37,607 nt of DNA. Origin: a virus. Lineage: Duplodnaviria > Caudoviricetes. Under the pieces are notes generated by a model that worked only from the letters and a program-made list of their open reading frames with translations, was not told the DNA's origin and did no database searches. A program made the position numbers and the translations under genes. The stretch is taken from positions 1-37,607 of the IMG/VR virus record IMGVR_UViG_3300037634_004403. One strand, written 5' to 3'. Positions 17,514-28,109 of the stretch are shown here, one piece after another (the first letter of the stretch is position 1; each line of letters opens with the position of its first letter).

Positions 17514-20500
17514 TGGGAATCAAAGATCTTTTTGAAAATCCACAAGGAAATAAGATTCTATCCTCTGAGGATTTCGACAGAGAAGTCCAAAAAGTTGAAT
17601 CACTGGAAAATATGCAGGCTAAATTCTACGAGAAACGTAGATATATGCCCAATGTTGATTTTAGTAAGCCCAAAAACTTTGCTCGCTACGGATTAGCAAA
17701 AGATTATTATGTTGATGCAGTCGATCGAATAGTCCGCGAATATCCTTATGATGGATCGTTAAAAGAGAGGACTATCTTTTTAAATAGCTCTTCTTATCTT
17801 GATCATTATGTTTTTGAGAGTAGATACCCCCGCACCACGGGGTATATTAAGTTGTCTGCTGGTGGTTGGGGTTCTTTGGACGGCTCTATTGTAGGCGAAT
17901 ATGGTAAATCCGAGGACGTAGAATATATTAAGATATTTGGTGGCCCACATACGGCATCTGGTGGTATGCCCACCGGCTCTTTATATCGGACATTTACCGG
18001 TTCCAACATCTATGATACCAGTATCTATGACACCGATGGGGTGTTGGCTAATACTCGACTAGGTTCAAGGGGTTCGAATTTAGAGTTCAACCCAACAAAT
18101 GGCTGCACGATTGAATTCTGGATGCGTAAGTTTGATTATGCAGGCGCCGCCCTAACTAAAAAAGAAGTCATTTTTGACCTGTGGAATCAGAATAATACTG
18201 GCTCTTCGACACTCCCTTCTTATCTTACTGATGACAAATACGGCAGATTAACTCTAGAATTATCTGCTTCGACTCACCGCGAAGAACTTGATAATGCACA
18301 CGATGGAGCCACATTTTATCTAACACTTCAATCTGGTTCTTCTGTCTATGGCTTCTCTAGCCAATCAATTGCAGCGAGCACTGTTACAACTGCCTCTGTT
18401 ATGGATAAGAAATGGCATCATTACGCCGTTTCTATGACAACCGCTTCCGCTGCCGACAATCATGGAACGGAAGTCAAATTTTATGTTGATGGCAAATTAA
18501 ATAATTTTGGTATCTATGGGAATATGGGTGTAGGCAATATCACCGGATCTCTGATCGCACATATTGGCTCTTTGGTGAGTTCCCCGTCTGGTTCAACATA
18601 CAAGTCGCATGCTCCCGGCCAGTCAGCTCTTATGGCTGGTTATGGTAAATTATCTGCGTCTCTAGATGAATTTAGATACTGGAAAGTCGCCCGAACAGAC
18701 GAACAAATACTTAATAACTATAAATATCAAGTTGGCGGTGGAACCAACACTGATATTTCTAATGCAGAATTGGGTGTATATTACAAGTTCAACGAGGGCA
18801 TAGCACAGTCATCTTCCATTGATTCGGTTGTGCTAGATTATTCTGGAAGGATTTCAAACGGAGCGTGGACAGGATATATAGCCGGCTCGTCCAGAGACAC
18901 GGGCTCCGCGATGGTTTCGGCTTCTGTAGCAAACAAAGAATATCACGACCCCATTATATATTCTACTCACCCGGATGTGATTCAGCTTCGTAGCGATCTC
19001 GAAGCGACAGGTTCTCTATATGATCATCAGAATAATTCAAGCTTGTATCACAGTTTGCCTGGCTGGGTTACTGACGACGACCAAGTAGAAGGAACAGAAC
19101 AGCTCAAGAAGCTATCTCAAATTCTTGCAAGTCATTTTGATACTCTGCATCTGCAAATTGAATCACTTTCTCACCTCAAGGACACAACATATCTTAGTTC
19201 AAGCTTCAAGTCAGCTAAACCCGCTCCTTTCGCCAATCGCTTGTTAACCTCAAAGGGCTTTGTAGCACCAGAAATATTTGCTGATGCTGACTTGGTGGCT
19301 CAAATTCTAGCCAGAGATGAGGAGAGAGAATTTGAATTAGACTTAAGTGATATTAAAAACTTCATTTATAAGAATATATACAATAATTTAACAGGGATCT
19401 ATAAGTCAAAAGGCACAGAGAAGGCCTTTAGAAATCTTATTCGTTGTTATGGTATTGGTGATGAAGTTATAAAACTAAAAGCATATGCTAATAACGCCTC
19501 ATATACCCTAGAGGATACACACTATATAACGGCCGTTCCGAAGAAGACTATTAACTTTAACGATCCAAGCCACTTTAGTGCCACGGTATTCCAGAATTCC
19601 GGGACCACCGATGAACAAAGGGCTGTAGTTGTATCCAGCTCAGTCGCCTATACAACAGGATATCCCCAGAGAGTCGATGTTCCATTTACAATGGAATGTG
19701 AAGCAATCTTTCCCAAAAAACTATCCACAACGGATGAACAATATTTTACAACTGATTTTGTTTCTTCTTCAATTTGTGGTTGGCACCGCCCGCTTGAATC
19801 TGCTGTTTTAACAGAGACCTTTAATACTTTCCACGGAACAGATTATAATCTTCAAGTTTACGCAGTGAGGCCTGAACAAAATTCCAATGATGCATATTTT
19901 GTATTAACGGGCGCCCACGGGGAGCTTGGTATATCAATTGAAACAGAAACATACAAAGACGTTTATAATAATGAAAAATGGAACTTTGCCGTAAGAGGAC
20001 ACCGCGAGAAGAGAATAACTGCCGGCCGTGTTACTGGTTCAGTAGCTGGTTCGATTGATGATAATCTGAAAAATACCGTTGTAGAATTCCTTGGTTTCAA
20101 CTATGCTGGCGATATTTTACAAGAAAGTTTTCATCTGTCTGGCAATACTAATATCACCGGTGCGGTTCTTAGTAGTGTAAACAAGAGGTTTTACGTCGGC
20201 GCCGATAGGACTGGCTTCTCGGGTTCGGTAATAACCAAGTCCGACGCAAAAATATCTCAGTTAAGATACTGGCAAAGTTTCGTTTCCAATCAGGCTCTAG
20301 ATATGCATGCTAGGGATATACACAATTACGGTGTTTTGAATCCCTATAGAAATGCATTCTTGAATGAATTGTTTGCGGAAGGAAATGAAATTCCACAAAT
20401 TGAAACTTTGGCGTTACATTGGGATTTCTCAAATGTAACCGGCTCAGACTCCAATGGTAGGTTCTTGGTCAGTGATGCATCATCTGGCTCTGTGGATTTA

Positions 20501-23500
20501 GCTAATAGATACTCGAACTTGGCCAAAGCCACCAGGACGCAGCATATGGGCCTTGGATATGGTTTTAAGGTTAGTAGTACGGCTAGTGTTTCGGTGGAGT
20601 ATCTTAATACGGCGAAACAACAACTTCCAGAGACAATCAACAGTTCAGACGCTGTAAACATTTTGTTATCCGACGATGATGAATTTACTAAGTCTAGTGC
20701 TGTGACACAGTTCTTCTACACTTTTGAGAAGAATATGTATGATACCATCTCTCAAGAAATGGTGAATATGTTCGGAACCATTGCAGAGTTTAATAATCTC
20801 ATAGGTGAACCAGTTTATCGCTATAGACACGAATATAAAGCAATGAACAAGCTGCGTTCTCTCTTTTACGAACGCATAGGTAATACCCCAAATCTAGACA
20901 AATATATAGATTATTATAAGTGGGTTGATGATTCTTTGAGCATCATGTTGCGTAAACTTGCACCAATATCTGCTGATGTTGCTCCTAAAGTCCGGACCAT
21001 AGTTGAGAGCCATATTCTTGAAAGAAACAAATATCAAAGCAAATATCCTATAATTGATACGAGAGGCAACAGAAGGTTTGGTATTGATGAGATAGAAGGC
21101 ACTGCTCGGGGCATTAATGAGCTTGGCTATAAGTGGAAGTTTGGCCATGCTCCCGTTAGTACACTTGAAAGAGAAAATGCCATATGGTGGAAAGAGAGAG
21201 TCGAAAGAGATACCACATTCGGAAATCTGAAGACAAGCGATACTAATGTAAACAGAGAAAAAGAAAAGTTTCGCAAGCTAATTTCGCGATATGATTTCCG
21301 CAGTGGCTACAAAGCAACACAAAAGGATATTAGCGATAAGGCGTTGGGTTATACTGGCTCAACATATGCGGTTAACCGATTTGCAAGACCATATAAACTA
21401 AGTGCAGATCTTAGAAGCTCACCGTTAAGAGATATAAAAGGTGGATATAATTTTAATCGGACAAAGAATTTTGATTTTGTGAGAGATTCTTTACGAGGGA
21501 AATATGGCGAATCAACGACACCATCATATTATGTCCAAACTCTGGAGCAACCGGTCGACTCTGATTTTGATGATGTGTCAAGCCCGGATTTACTTGATTT
21601 TAACGGGCGTGCATTTAAGAAAAAGAAGGCTTCTTACTCTATAACATATGGTTCTACTCCGTCGACCACTGGGGACACTACTGCAACTAAATTATATGCA
21701 CGACTTGCGGCGCCGTTTGTTTTACTTAGCAGTTCAATCACAACTGGTTATCAAAAGAGCATATCTCATTTGGGCTTCGATCTGGGGGGCCTGCACGTTG
21801 ACGGTGTTGTCGACGGAGCAATACAAGGTCCATTTACTGAACAGCATGTCGGCGGCCTCCAATATCGCCACGCAGATCTAAATATATCCGGATCTGGTAA
21901 GCTAGCTCTTCTCTCAGGCCTAGATAGTCCAGAGAACCGCGCCGAACCATACTGGTTGTTGCCGTCCTCGACGGGAATACAGGTTAGAACAGTACCCTCT
22001 AATCGTGCCCGCGGCACCCTCTATCGATATCCAGTCGCCAAGCGTCCTTTGAACATCGCAAATATTCGTCAGACCACAGACCAAATAACATCGAATGGTT
22101 CATCAATGATAATTTCTGGCACCCTTAATGCTAGAATGGGGAACTTTAGTAAGAGATACGAAGTAGTCCAAACCTCTGACCGTCTTATGAACAACAGCGA
22201 ATTCGTGAAGCGTGAGGGCTTCTCGACGGCATCAACTACTGTAGCCACGATGGGCATCGTCCAGGGCCTTGTAGGCTATGCTAAGCCCGCTAGAGACCGT
22301 CGTGAACATGTTATTGTCGAGCGCTTCTCGGCCCCCGGTGGTCCAGAGACCGCCGGCGACACTATAGGCGGCCCGGGCCTGGATTATGAATCGGGGCAAT
22401 ATTCTCCGTATAACAACATCAACTACAGGAATTTGACCGTTCGACTGCCGCTTCGAACTATGCTTTCGGGTGTAACAGCACAATTTGGTCTCAGGAGCGG
22501 AATTGGAAACCAGACCAGTACTAGTCATTATTCTGGGAGCGCCGAAGATGGCGTTGGGTGGGTAGGAGGTCTTGCCAATTTCCATCAAGTTCATCGGAAC
22601 ACAAGGAAGAGACTTGAATATACAAATGAATTTTCAAGTGGTCCTTGGGCATCGGCCGGGGGCACGGGAACAGTAGCAACAAAATCTGTAAGCGATAATT
22701 TCTTTGTAAGTCATATGATTCCCCCAAGTGACCTGGCGTACTCTTGGATTACGAGTTCATATATCAGCTCAAACGAGTTCGGATATATGCCGGCAGATGG
22801 TTTATCAAGAGCGGGCGTAACTCACACGGGCCAACAAAAATATGATACATCAATTATTTTTGTTTCTCAGAGTGCCACACGTTCTCAGCCGCTCACTTCA
22901 ACTCGTGTGTGGTCGACCACGGCGCCCGATGATGAGGATAACACGCCAACTCTTCTTAACGGCATGATCACAAATATTGTTGAACCAGTTAACACTGCAT
23001 CGGCAACGATAGGTAATTCTACTGGATTAGATGAATCTTCTTACATAAACATAGGAGATCTGGGCGCGGTGTATGCTCCACTCACAGCCACCCCCGGCGC
23101 CTATGTTTCGAATTTTTACAATAATGCTTATCCAAAAGTATTAAATTCTTTACTTCTATATCGGAACGGCGCCTCTGGGTTCCCAACTTGGAAGCAAATA
23201 AGGGTTGGGCAAAATCCATTAACTAGGCTGATGCGAAGAAATAATAAGATTTCTGTTATGATTCCGGCCGAAGAAATGATAAGCGACACTACAACAGTAG
23301 GCGAAGATCATATTACAGCTATGGCACAAGTTCGCGCCAAGAGGGGAACAACAAGGAATTTTGTAGAGCCGGCCGTAGTCATGAGACATTCTCCATTGGA
23401 ATACAAGTTTGTTTACGAGACCAAAAACAATAGAGGCAAGCGAATTGACAGGAAGGTTGTTATTAAATGCACATTCGGGAATGCTAAGAGCAAATTTACC

Positions 23501-26500
23501 CATAATAGACTAAACAATCTTGTCGATTTTCATTCCGACAGAAGAAGAACCACAGGATACGATGACATTAAGGAATTTTATTTGGACGGCGCCCTGGAAG
23601 ATCCTGATAGTCCCATAAAGAAGCTTGTGAGTCTAAAGTATAAAGAAAAGATTTACCCCGCAGAAAGAAATCTAGGTAGTCGACGCGTCCGCAAGAGAAA
23701 TAAGTATCAAAATAGTTTCTGGAGAACCGACAGAACCGATCGTGTTATAGGAGGTGCTAGAAATACAAACGCATTCTCTGAAGAATATACTTATTACCAT
23801 AGTAAGTGGCCCCTCGACGCTGGCCGCCAGTTCCAGATATCTGGCACGGCAAACAGCCCACTTGATTCAAACGAGATTTTCGCCCAGCCAGGAATATTAC
23901 AAGCTGGTTGGATGTCGCAATGTTATGAATTTGGGTACCAAGGCAACCAAGCAATGGGCCGGATGCAGTCCGGACCACTATATTCGCGCTTCCACTTGCT
24001 GTCCTCTACGGCTTCTGTGGTTTCGCCAACAGGAATGATTATCCCCGAGACAGGAAGTGAGCTAGGAAATGTGTGGGATGGCAGTGCTTATTTGGGGACC
24101 GACGGCGGCGACACACCTCAGTATCAGTTTTCTGGGGGATTTTTCAACGATGATGCTCTTAGTCAAGGCCCTTATGGGTTCCCCGGCCACGGCGGCGGAT
24201 TAGATAGTTCAACTCATCTCGGATCCGCTTTCTGGCAGGCCGGCAAGATGGCTGGCAGAACAACAACTGCTGATGGTATCACTAAATTCTCATATGAACC
24301 GACCGAACCCTTCTATGATTCTTACGATGGCTACCTAGAAGATCTTCGACCACTCAACAAAGGCATGAGTATAATCCCAGAGTTCAGAATAAGCGAACAT
24401 ATGGATTATTATGTAAAGCAAATGTCAGAAGACTTCTTGGCCGACAATCCGCAGTTTTTATCAATACCCGGCTCCAAGAGTGATCACCTCGTGTCTTCCG
24501 ATAGCAGCGGTTCTAATTTTTATAAGATATTTTCGTTTTCTGACTTTATGAAACATTTTAGAATAATTCAAAAAGATCACGAAGAAATTGCAGATCCAAC
24601 TGATATAACTCTAGAGTGTAAGGCGCTAAAGAAGTTTTTACCATATGATGGATTTTATCCTGTTGACAGGACAATTCAAATAGCCAGTCAATGGAGTTCA
24701 TCATATGGGGAATATATATCTCCTGTTGGCTCTCATTGGCCAACTCTGAGAGACGGCCCTCGTACCGGGGGGCCCCCAACAGGAAAGCGACCACTAATGC
24801 AGGCTTTCTTTTCTCCTGGTATTTTGTATAACTCAATCAAGGCTGGTATTGCATGCGATTGGCCTTGTTACACCGGCTCTGTTGATGTCCCTTCTCCCGT
24901 AGGCATGCACTCTCCCGGGAACCGCGCCGGCGTCCGAACTGCCCTCCGACGCGCCCATGGAACATCGTCCCGCGGCGCCGACGGCTGGGACTATCGAGTT
25001 CCTTTCGAGGCCCTCCTCGAACCAGAAAAATACATCTCTAATGTGCTCATTTCTGATATGGAGATTCAAGATCAGTTGTCGAGGGTACAGTTGTCGGCTT
25101 CTTGGAGTGGGCAGGGCGATAATTTGTATAAGATGATGATGAATAACTTTTTGGCAGAGACTACAAAATTCTTCCTAAAAGGCAAAAAGATGACCTCTAT
25201 TACTTCCAAAGACGAATCAAGGTTTGAATCAGCCACTTCTGGAACAGCATACACCGCACGCCTTAAGATATATAGGAGCATGAACCAATCACGGCCCGCA
25301 TCTTCTTCTTGGGGTGACTATCCAATACCACAGGATCCTACTCATGAATTGATTACGGGTGTTGGAAATGGAAGTGCAAAAATTGATGGACGTAGACTCG
25401 GGGCTCATCTTGGTTTAAGAGAAACCTTTACAATGTATAGTCGGCCATCTGCTTTTGGTCCACCCGTTGCGGGATTTGATGGCCGCAATGGAAATCAAAC
25501 AGATCCCCAAGTATTTGATAGTCAAAATGGCTATAATCCTTCATTTACACCACCATATTACAACGGAGAGGCTTGGGCCGACATTCTGTGGACAGCTGAG
25601 ATGGATGGTAAGCCGACGCTAGATGAAATATTTTCAACCGCGAAGGTTTATAATTTAAGGATCGATGGAAAAGCTTTCTGGAGCCCCGGGGCCACCGGTT
25701 CGTTCGCTAGCGAGAATGGTTGGTATGAGGGCTATGAATTCCCGATGGCATCTGGTGCAGCAAATGCTTATTCTATGCAATTTGTGCATTCTTTTAACAT
25801 ATTTGGCAAAGGGAAAAAACCATCAGCGAAGAGACAGGGACGCCAGAGACAGGGCAACTCTGATGAGTCTGAAGATTTGGATGTGTGGGTCATCGAACCT
25901 AAATGGGAAACCCCAATGTACAACTTCAACACTTCTGGTATTGCCGGTGAGCGAATGCTTTCGGGTTCAGATCCGAAATACAACTTGATGATTCCCTCGG
26001 CTTCTTCTGGTCGGGGCACGGTTCCAAGAGGGATGTGGCATCAGTTTGGGGTGATTCCTACTTCTTCTGAGGTTGGAATATTTATGCAGATCGAAGATAT
26101 TCCCGATAACTGGGTTCAAAATTCACAGAAAGTATATGGTATTATTGAGAGGGATGGCCAGACAGTATTGTCAGCTTCTTCCGCAACTGCCGGCGTCCCG
26201 GGATTGATGCCACGAAACCAGGAATATAACGGTGCGAAATCTCTGGTAGATTTGTGTGGCTTCAGAACTACTGCTAAACGCCTTGGCCAGACGGCAAAGC
26301 GAAAGAAGATTTCTGAAGCAATTGTTGCCATTCCCTTCTTCGTGGAGGGGGGAGAAATTAAATATTTTGAAATCGACAATATAGATATTGCTCTCGTTAC
26401 ATCTACCGATCCGCTCGACCGCGCGCGGGCGGGCGTGCCGGCACATCGTCTTCATGATGGACCCGATCCAACATTAGTAGACATGATGTCTAAAATGGAG

Positions 26501-27094
26501 AAGTTTATTTTACCACCAAAATTTGATTTTATCAAAAATTCCGAAGTGACTCCAATATCTATGTATATTTTTGAGTTCTCACATATGCTAGACCAAAATG
26601 ATCTCTCACATATTTGGCAGAATTTGCCACCAAAGATTGGTAAAAAGACCATGAAAGCTCGTTCAACCATCAGGCATGGGCTGTTATCGAGCGCTCTTAT
26701 GGGCTCTTCGATTTTGGAAGATGGTGTGAAAATGAAGAATAAAGTACAATGGATGGTCTTCAAAGTCAAGCAACGAGCCGAAACGGATTATTTTAAGGTT
26801 ACTTCCAATACCACCCCGCAAATTTTCTTTGCAGATCTCGGCGATACCGGCCCAGCAGCCGAAACAAAATTCGAACATGAACAAAATCCCGCCATACCAG
26901 CGTATTCTTATAATTGGCCTTATGATTTCTTCTCGTTAATTGAGTTTGCTAGCCTAGACGCCGAGGTTACTTTTGGGCCGCTTACCGCAGAGGAGCAAGC
27001 CGTTGTCGGCATGGAGAAGGGGCTCGCCGCGGGGCTCGCCGCCATCGCTGCGGTGGATGAAGCCATCGACGCCGCCACAGAATCGGAGGACTAA
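17513..27094 (+). CDS. Giant (3193 aa) baseplate/tail protein with LamG/concanavalin-like domains and a gp7/gpI-like KSKGT motif
   Basis: LamG hallmarks TIEFWM, KWHHYAVS, KFYVDG, LDEFRYWKVART, VYYKFNEG. A second, degenerate LamG (KWNFAV, ISQLRYW, LALHWDF). NNLTGIYKSKGTEKAFRNLIRCYG resembles the P2 gpI/T4 gp7 wedge motif. Confidence 0.75.
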   Translation: MGIKDLFENPQGNKILSSEDFDREVQKVESLENMQAKFYEKRRYMPNVDFSKPKNFARYGLAKDYYVDAVDRIVREYPYDGSLKERTIFLNSSSYLDHYVFESRYPRTTGYIKLSAGGWGSLDGSIVGEYGKSEDVEYIKIFGGPHTASGGMPTGSLYRTFTGSNIYDTSIYDTDGVLANTRLGSRGSNLEFNPTNGCTIEFWMRKFDYAGAALTKKEVIFDLWNQNNTGSSTLPSYLTDDKYGRLTLELSASTHREELDNAHDGATFYLTLQSGSSVYGFSSQSIAASTVTTASVMDKKWHHYAVSMTTASAADNHGTEVKFYVDGKLNNFGIYGNMGVGNITGSLIAHIGSLVSSPSGSTYKSHAPGQSALMAGYGKLSASLDEFRYWKVARTDEQILNNYKYQVGGGTNTDISNAELGVYYKFNEGIAQSSSIDSVVLDYSGRISNGAWTGYIAGSSRDTGSAMVSASVANKEYHDPIIYSTHPDVIQLRSDLEATGSLYDHQNNSSLYHSLPGWVTDDDQVEGTEQLKKLSQILASHFDTLHLQIESLSHLKDTTYLSSSFKSAKPAPFANRLLTSKGFVAPEIFADADLVAQILARDEEREFELDLSDIKNFIYKNIYNNLTGIYKSKGTEKAFRNLIRCYGIGDEVIKLKAYANNASYTLEDTHYITAVPKKTINFNDPSHFSATVFQNSGTTDEQRAVVVSSSVAYTTGYPQRVDVPFTMECEAIFPKKLSTTDEQYFTTDFVSSSICGWHRPLESAVLTETFNTFHGTDYNLQVYAVRPEQNSNDAYFVLTGAHGELGISIETETYKDVYNNEKWNFAVRGHREKRITAGRVTGSVAGSIDDNLKNTVVEFLGFNYAGDILQESFHLSGNTNITGAVLSSVNKRFYVGADRTGFSGSVITKSDAKISQLRYWQSFVSNQALDMHARDIHNYGVLNPYRNAFLNELFAEGNEIPQIETLALHWDFSNVTGSDSNGRFLVSDASSGSVDLANRYSNLAKATRTQHMGLGYGFKVSSTASVSVEYLNTAKQQLPETINSSDAVNILLSDDDEFTKSSAVTQFFYTFEKNMYDTISQEMVNMFGTIAEFNNLIGEPVYRYRHEYKAMNKLRSLFYERIGNTPNLDKYIDYYKWVDDSLSIMLRKLAPISADVAPKVRTIVESHILERNKYQSKYPIIDTRGNRRFGIDEIEGTARGINELGYKWKFGHAPVSTLERENAIWWKERVERDTTFGNLKTSDTNVNREKEKFRKLISRYDFRSGYKATQKDISDKALGYTGSTYAVNRFARPYKLSADLRSSPLRDIKGGYNFNRTKNFDFVRDSLRGKYGESTTPSYYVQTLEQPVDSDFDDVSSPDLLDFNGRAFKKKKASYSITYGSTPSTTGDTTATKLYARLAAPFVLLSSSITTGYQKSISHLGFDLGGLHVDGVVDGAIQGPFTEQHVGGLQYRHADLNISGSGKLALLSGLDSPENRAEPYWLLPSSTGIQVRTVPSNRARGTLYRYPVAKRPLNIANIRQTTDQITSNGSSMIISGTLNARMGNFSKRYEVVQTSDRLMNNSEFVKREGFSTASTTVATMGIVQGLVGYAKPARDRREHVIVERFSAPGGPETAGDTIGGPGLDYESGQYSPYNNINYRNLTVRLPLRTMLSGVTAQFGLRSGIGNQTSTSHYSGSAEDGVGWVGGLANFHQVHRNTRKRLEYTNEFSSGPWASAGGTGTVATKSVSDNFFVSHMIPPSDLAYSWITSSYISSNEFGYMPADGLSRAGVTHTGQQKYDTSIIFVSQSATRSQPLTSTRVWSTTAPDDEDNTPTLLNGMITNIVEPVNTASATIGNSTGLDESSYINIGDLGAVYAPLTATPGAYVSNFYNNAYPKVLNSLLLYRNGASGFPTWKQIRVGQNPLTRLMRRNNKISVMIPAEEMISDTTTVGEDHITAMAQVRAKRGTTRNFVEPAVVMRHSPLEYKFVYETKNNRGKRIDRKVVIKCTFGNAKSKFTHNRLNNLVDFHSDRRRTTGYDDIKEFYLDGALEDPDSPIKKLVSLKYKEKIYPAERNLGSRRVRKRNKYQNSFWRTDRTDRVIGGARNTNAFSEEYTYYHSKWPLDAGRQFQISGTANSPLDSNEIFAQPGILQAGWMSQCYEFGYQGNQAMGRMQSGPLYSRFHLLSSTASVVSPTGMIIPETGSELGNVWDGSAYLGTDGGDTPQYQFSGGFFNDDALSQGPYGFPGHGGGLDSSTHLGSAFWQAGKMAGRTTTADGITKFSYEPTEPFYDSYDGYLEDLRPLNKGMSIIPEFRISEHMDYYVKQMSEDFLADNPQFLSIPGSKSDHLVSSDSSGSNFYKIFSFSDFMKHFRIIQKDHEEIADPTDITLECKALKKFLPYDGFYPVDRTIQIASQWSSSYGEYISPVGSHWPTLRDGPRTGGPPTGKRPLMQAFFSPGILYNSIKAGIACDWPCYTGSVDVPSPVGMHSPGNRAGVRTALRRAHGTSSRGADGWDYRVPFEALLEPEKYISNVLISDMEIQDQLSRVQLSASWSGQGDNLYKMMMNNFLAETTKFFLKGKKMTSITSKDESRFESATSGTAYTARLKIYRSMNQSRPASSSWGDYPIPQDPTHELITGVGNGSAKIDGRRLGAHLGLRETFTMYSRPSAFGPPVAGFDGRNGNQTDPQVFDSQNGYNPSFTPPYYNGEAWADILWTAEMDGKPTLDEIFSTAKVYNLRIDGKAFWSPGATGSFASENGWYEGYEFPMASGAANAYSMQFVHSFNIFGKGKKPSAKRQGRQRQGNSDESEDLDVWVIEPKWETPMYNFNTSGIAGERMLSGSDPKYNLMIPSASSGRGTVPRGMWHQFGVIPTSSEVGIFMQIEDIPDNWVQNSQKVYGIIERDGQTVLSASSATAGVPGLMPRNQEYNGAKSLVDLCGFRTTAKRLGQTAKRKKISEAIVAIPFFVEGGEIKYFEIDNIDIALVTSTDPLDRARAGVPAHRLHDGPDPTLVDMMSKMEKFILPPKFDFIKNSEVTPISMYIFEFSHMLDQNDLSHIWQNLPPKIGKKTMKARSTIRHGLLSSALMGSSILEDGVKMKNKVQWMVFKVKQRAETDYFKVTSNTTPQIFFADLGDTGPAAETKFEHEQNPAIPAYSYNWPYDFFSLIEFASLDAEVTFGPLTAEEQAVVGMEKGLAAGLAAIAAVDEAIDAATESED
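27019..27042 (+). repeat. 12-nt tandem duplication GGGGCTCGCCGC x2
   Basis: Read directly; encodes GLAAGLAA in the GC-rich C-terminal tail of the 3193-aa protein. Confidence 0.85.
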
Positions 27095-27097
27095 TAA

Positions 27098-28072
27098 ATG
27101 CAATTTTTTAATTCAAAAGAAGATGTAATTGATTTAAAATTAACAATGTATGGCCGCCATCTCCTGTCGGAGGGGGTGTTCAAGCCAGTATATTATTCTT
27201 TTCACGATGATAATATTTTATATGATGCTGCTAGGATCTCTGGTTCCTCGGCCAGCCCGAATGAGGGAATAGTTGGGGGTTTTGAAATACAAAATAATAT
27301 TCAGAAGAGAATTCGAGAAGAAACGCCGTACTTAAAAACACAACACAACTTCTCCAGCAGAGAAGTTAGGAACGAAGATCCCAGACAGTCTACCGAAAGA
27401 GAAAAGAATTATATTCTAGAAGCGCCACTTGGAACAGTTGATATAACTTCTTTCAAATCTCCTGCGTGGGAAATATCATTTTTACACAATTCTTCATCTG
27501 CTTACACAACAGCTTTCGAAAATTCAAGTAAGCACCAAATTGTTCAAATTCCGCAAGTAGAAGCAGAGATTATATATAAAACGGCCGTGGGTTTTGATTC
27601 CCCGCTGGCACGACGCAAACGACTGCCCCGCGGATTCGAAGAAGATCCAGAGCTTAATTCGAGTGTTTTTGAAGATGGAACATATATGGCTATCGACCCA
27701 GATTATATTTTACTCAATGTTGAGGAAAAGAATTCTGTTTTTATGAGTAAAAATTATGATATAGAAATATATGAAAGTGGCTCAAATGGTTGGAATAAAC
27801 TAGATTTCAAGAAAAGAGCCGATAAAATTGTTGACAATATTCTTGTAGATAATCCGCCACAGTCCAACATAACTCTGGATCCTAGCTATGTTGAATACTT
27901 TTTTGATGTTCTGGTGGATGAAGAGATACCAGAGAATTTGATTTGCAGAGGAATTCAGCGTCTTAAGTCCAAGGACATAATGATTGACACGGAAATAGAA
28001 TGTCCGGATCTTGAGGGCACGTTTGATGTTAATCCGTATATCTCTGATTCGCCCGAGGTTGATTGTCCGTAA
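27098..28072 (+). CDS. Probable virion structural protein; N-terminus paralogous to 33915..34847
   Basis: MQFFNSKEDVIDLKLTMYGRHLLSEGVFKPVYYSFHDDNILY aligns by eye with MGFLDNSGDIILDAVLTDTGRMRLARGDGSFKIVKFALGDDEINY. Confidence 0.65.
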   Translation: MQFFNSKEDVIDLKLTMYGRHLLSEGVFKPVYYSFHDDNILYDAARISGSSASPNEGIVGGFEIQNNIQKRIREETPYLKTQHNFSSREVRNEDPRQSTEREKNYILEAPLGTVDITSFKSPAWEISFLHNSSSAYTTAFENSSKHQIVQIPQVEAEIIYKTAVGFDSPLARRKRLPRGFEEDPELNSSVFEDGTYMAIDPDYILLNVEEKNSVFMSKNYDIEIYESGSNGWNKLDFKKRADKIVDNILVDNPPQSNITLDPSYVEYFFDVLVDEEIPENLICRGIQRLKSKDIMIDTEIECPDLEGTFDVNPYISDSPEVDCP

Positions 28073-28085
28073 TATCGTGTGACCA

Positions 28086-28094
28086 ACTATTTAT
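28086..28094 (+). promoter_or_regulatory. Putative late promoter motif ACTATTTAT
   Basis: Intergenic copy 15 nt upstream of ATG 28110. Confidence 0.6.
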
Positions 28095-28109
28095 ATAAAG
28101 AGAAACACA

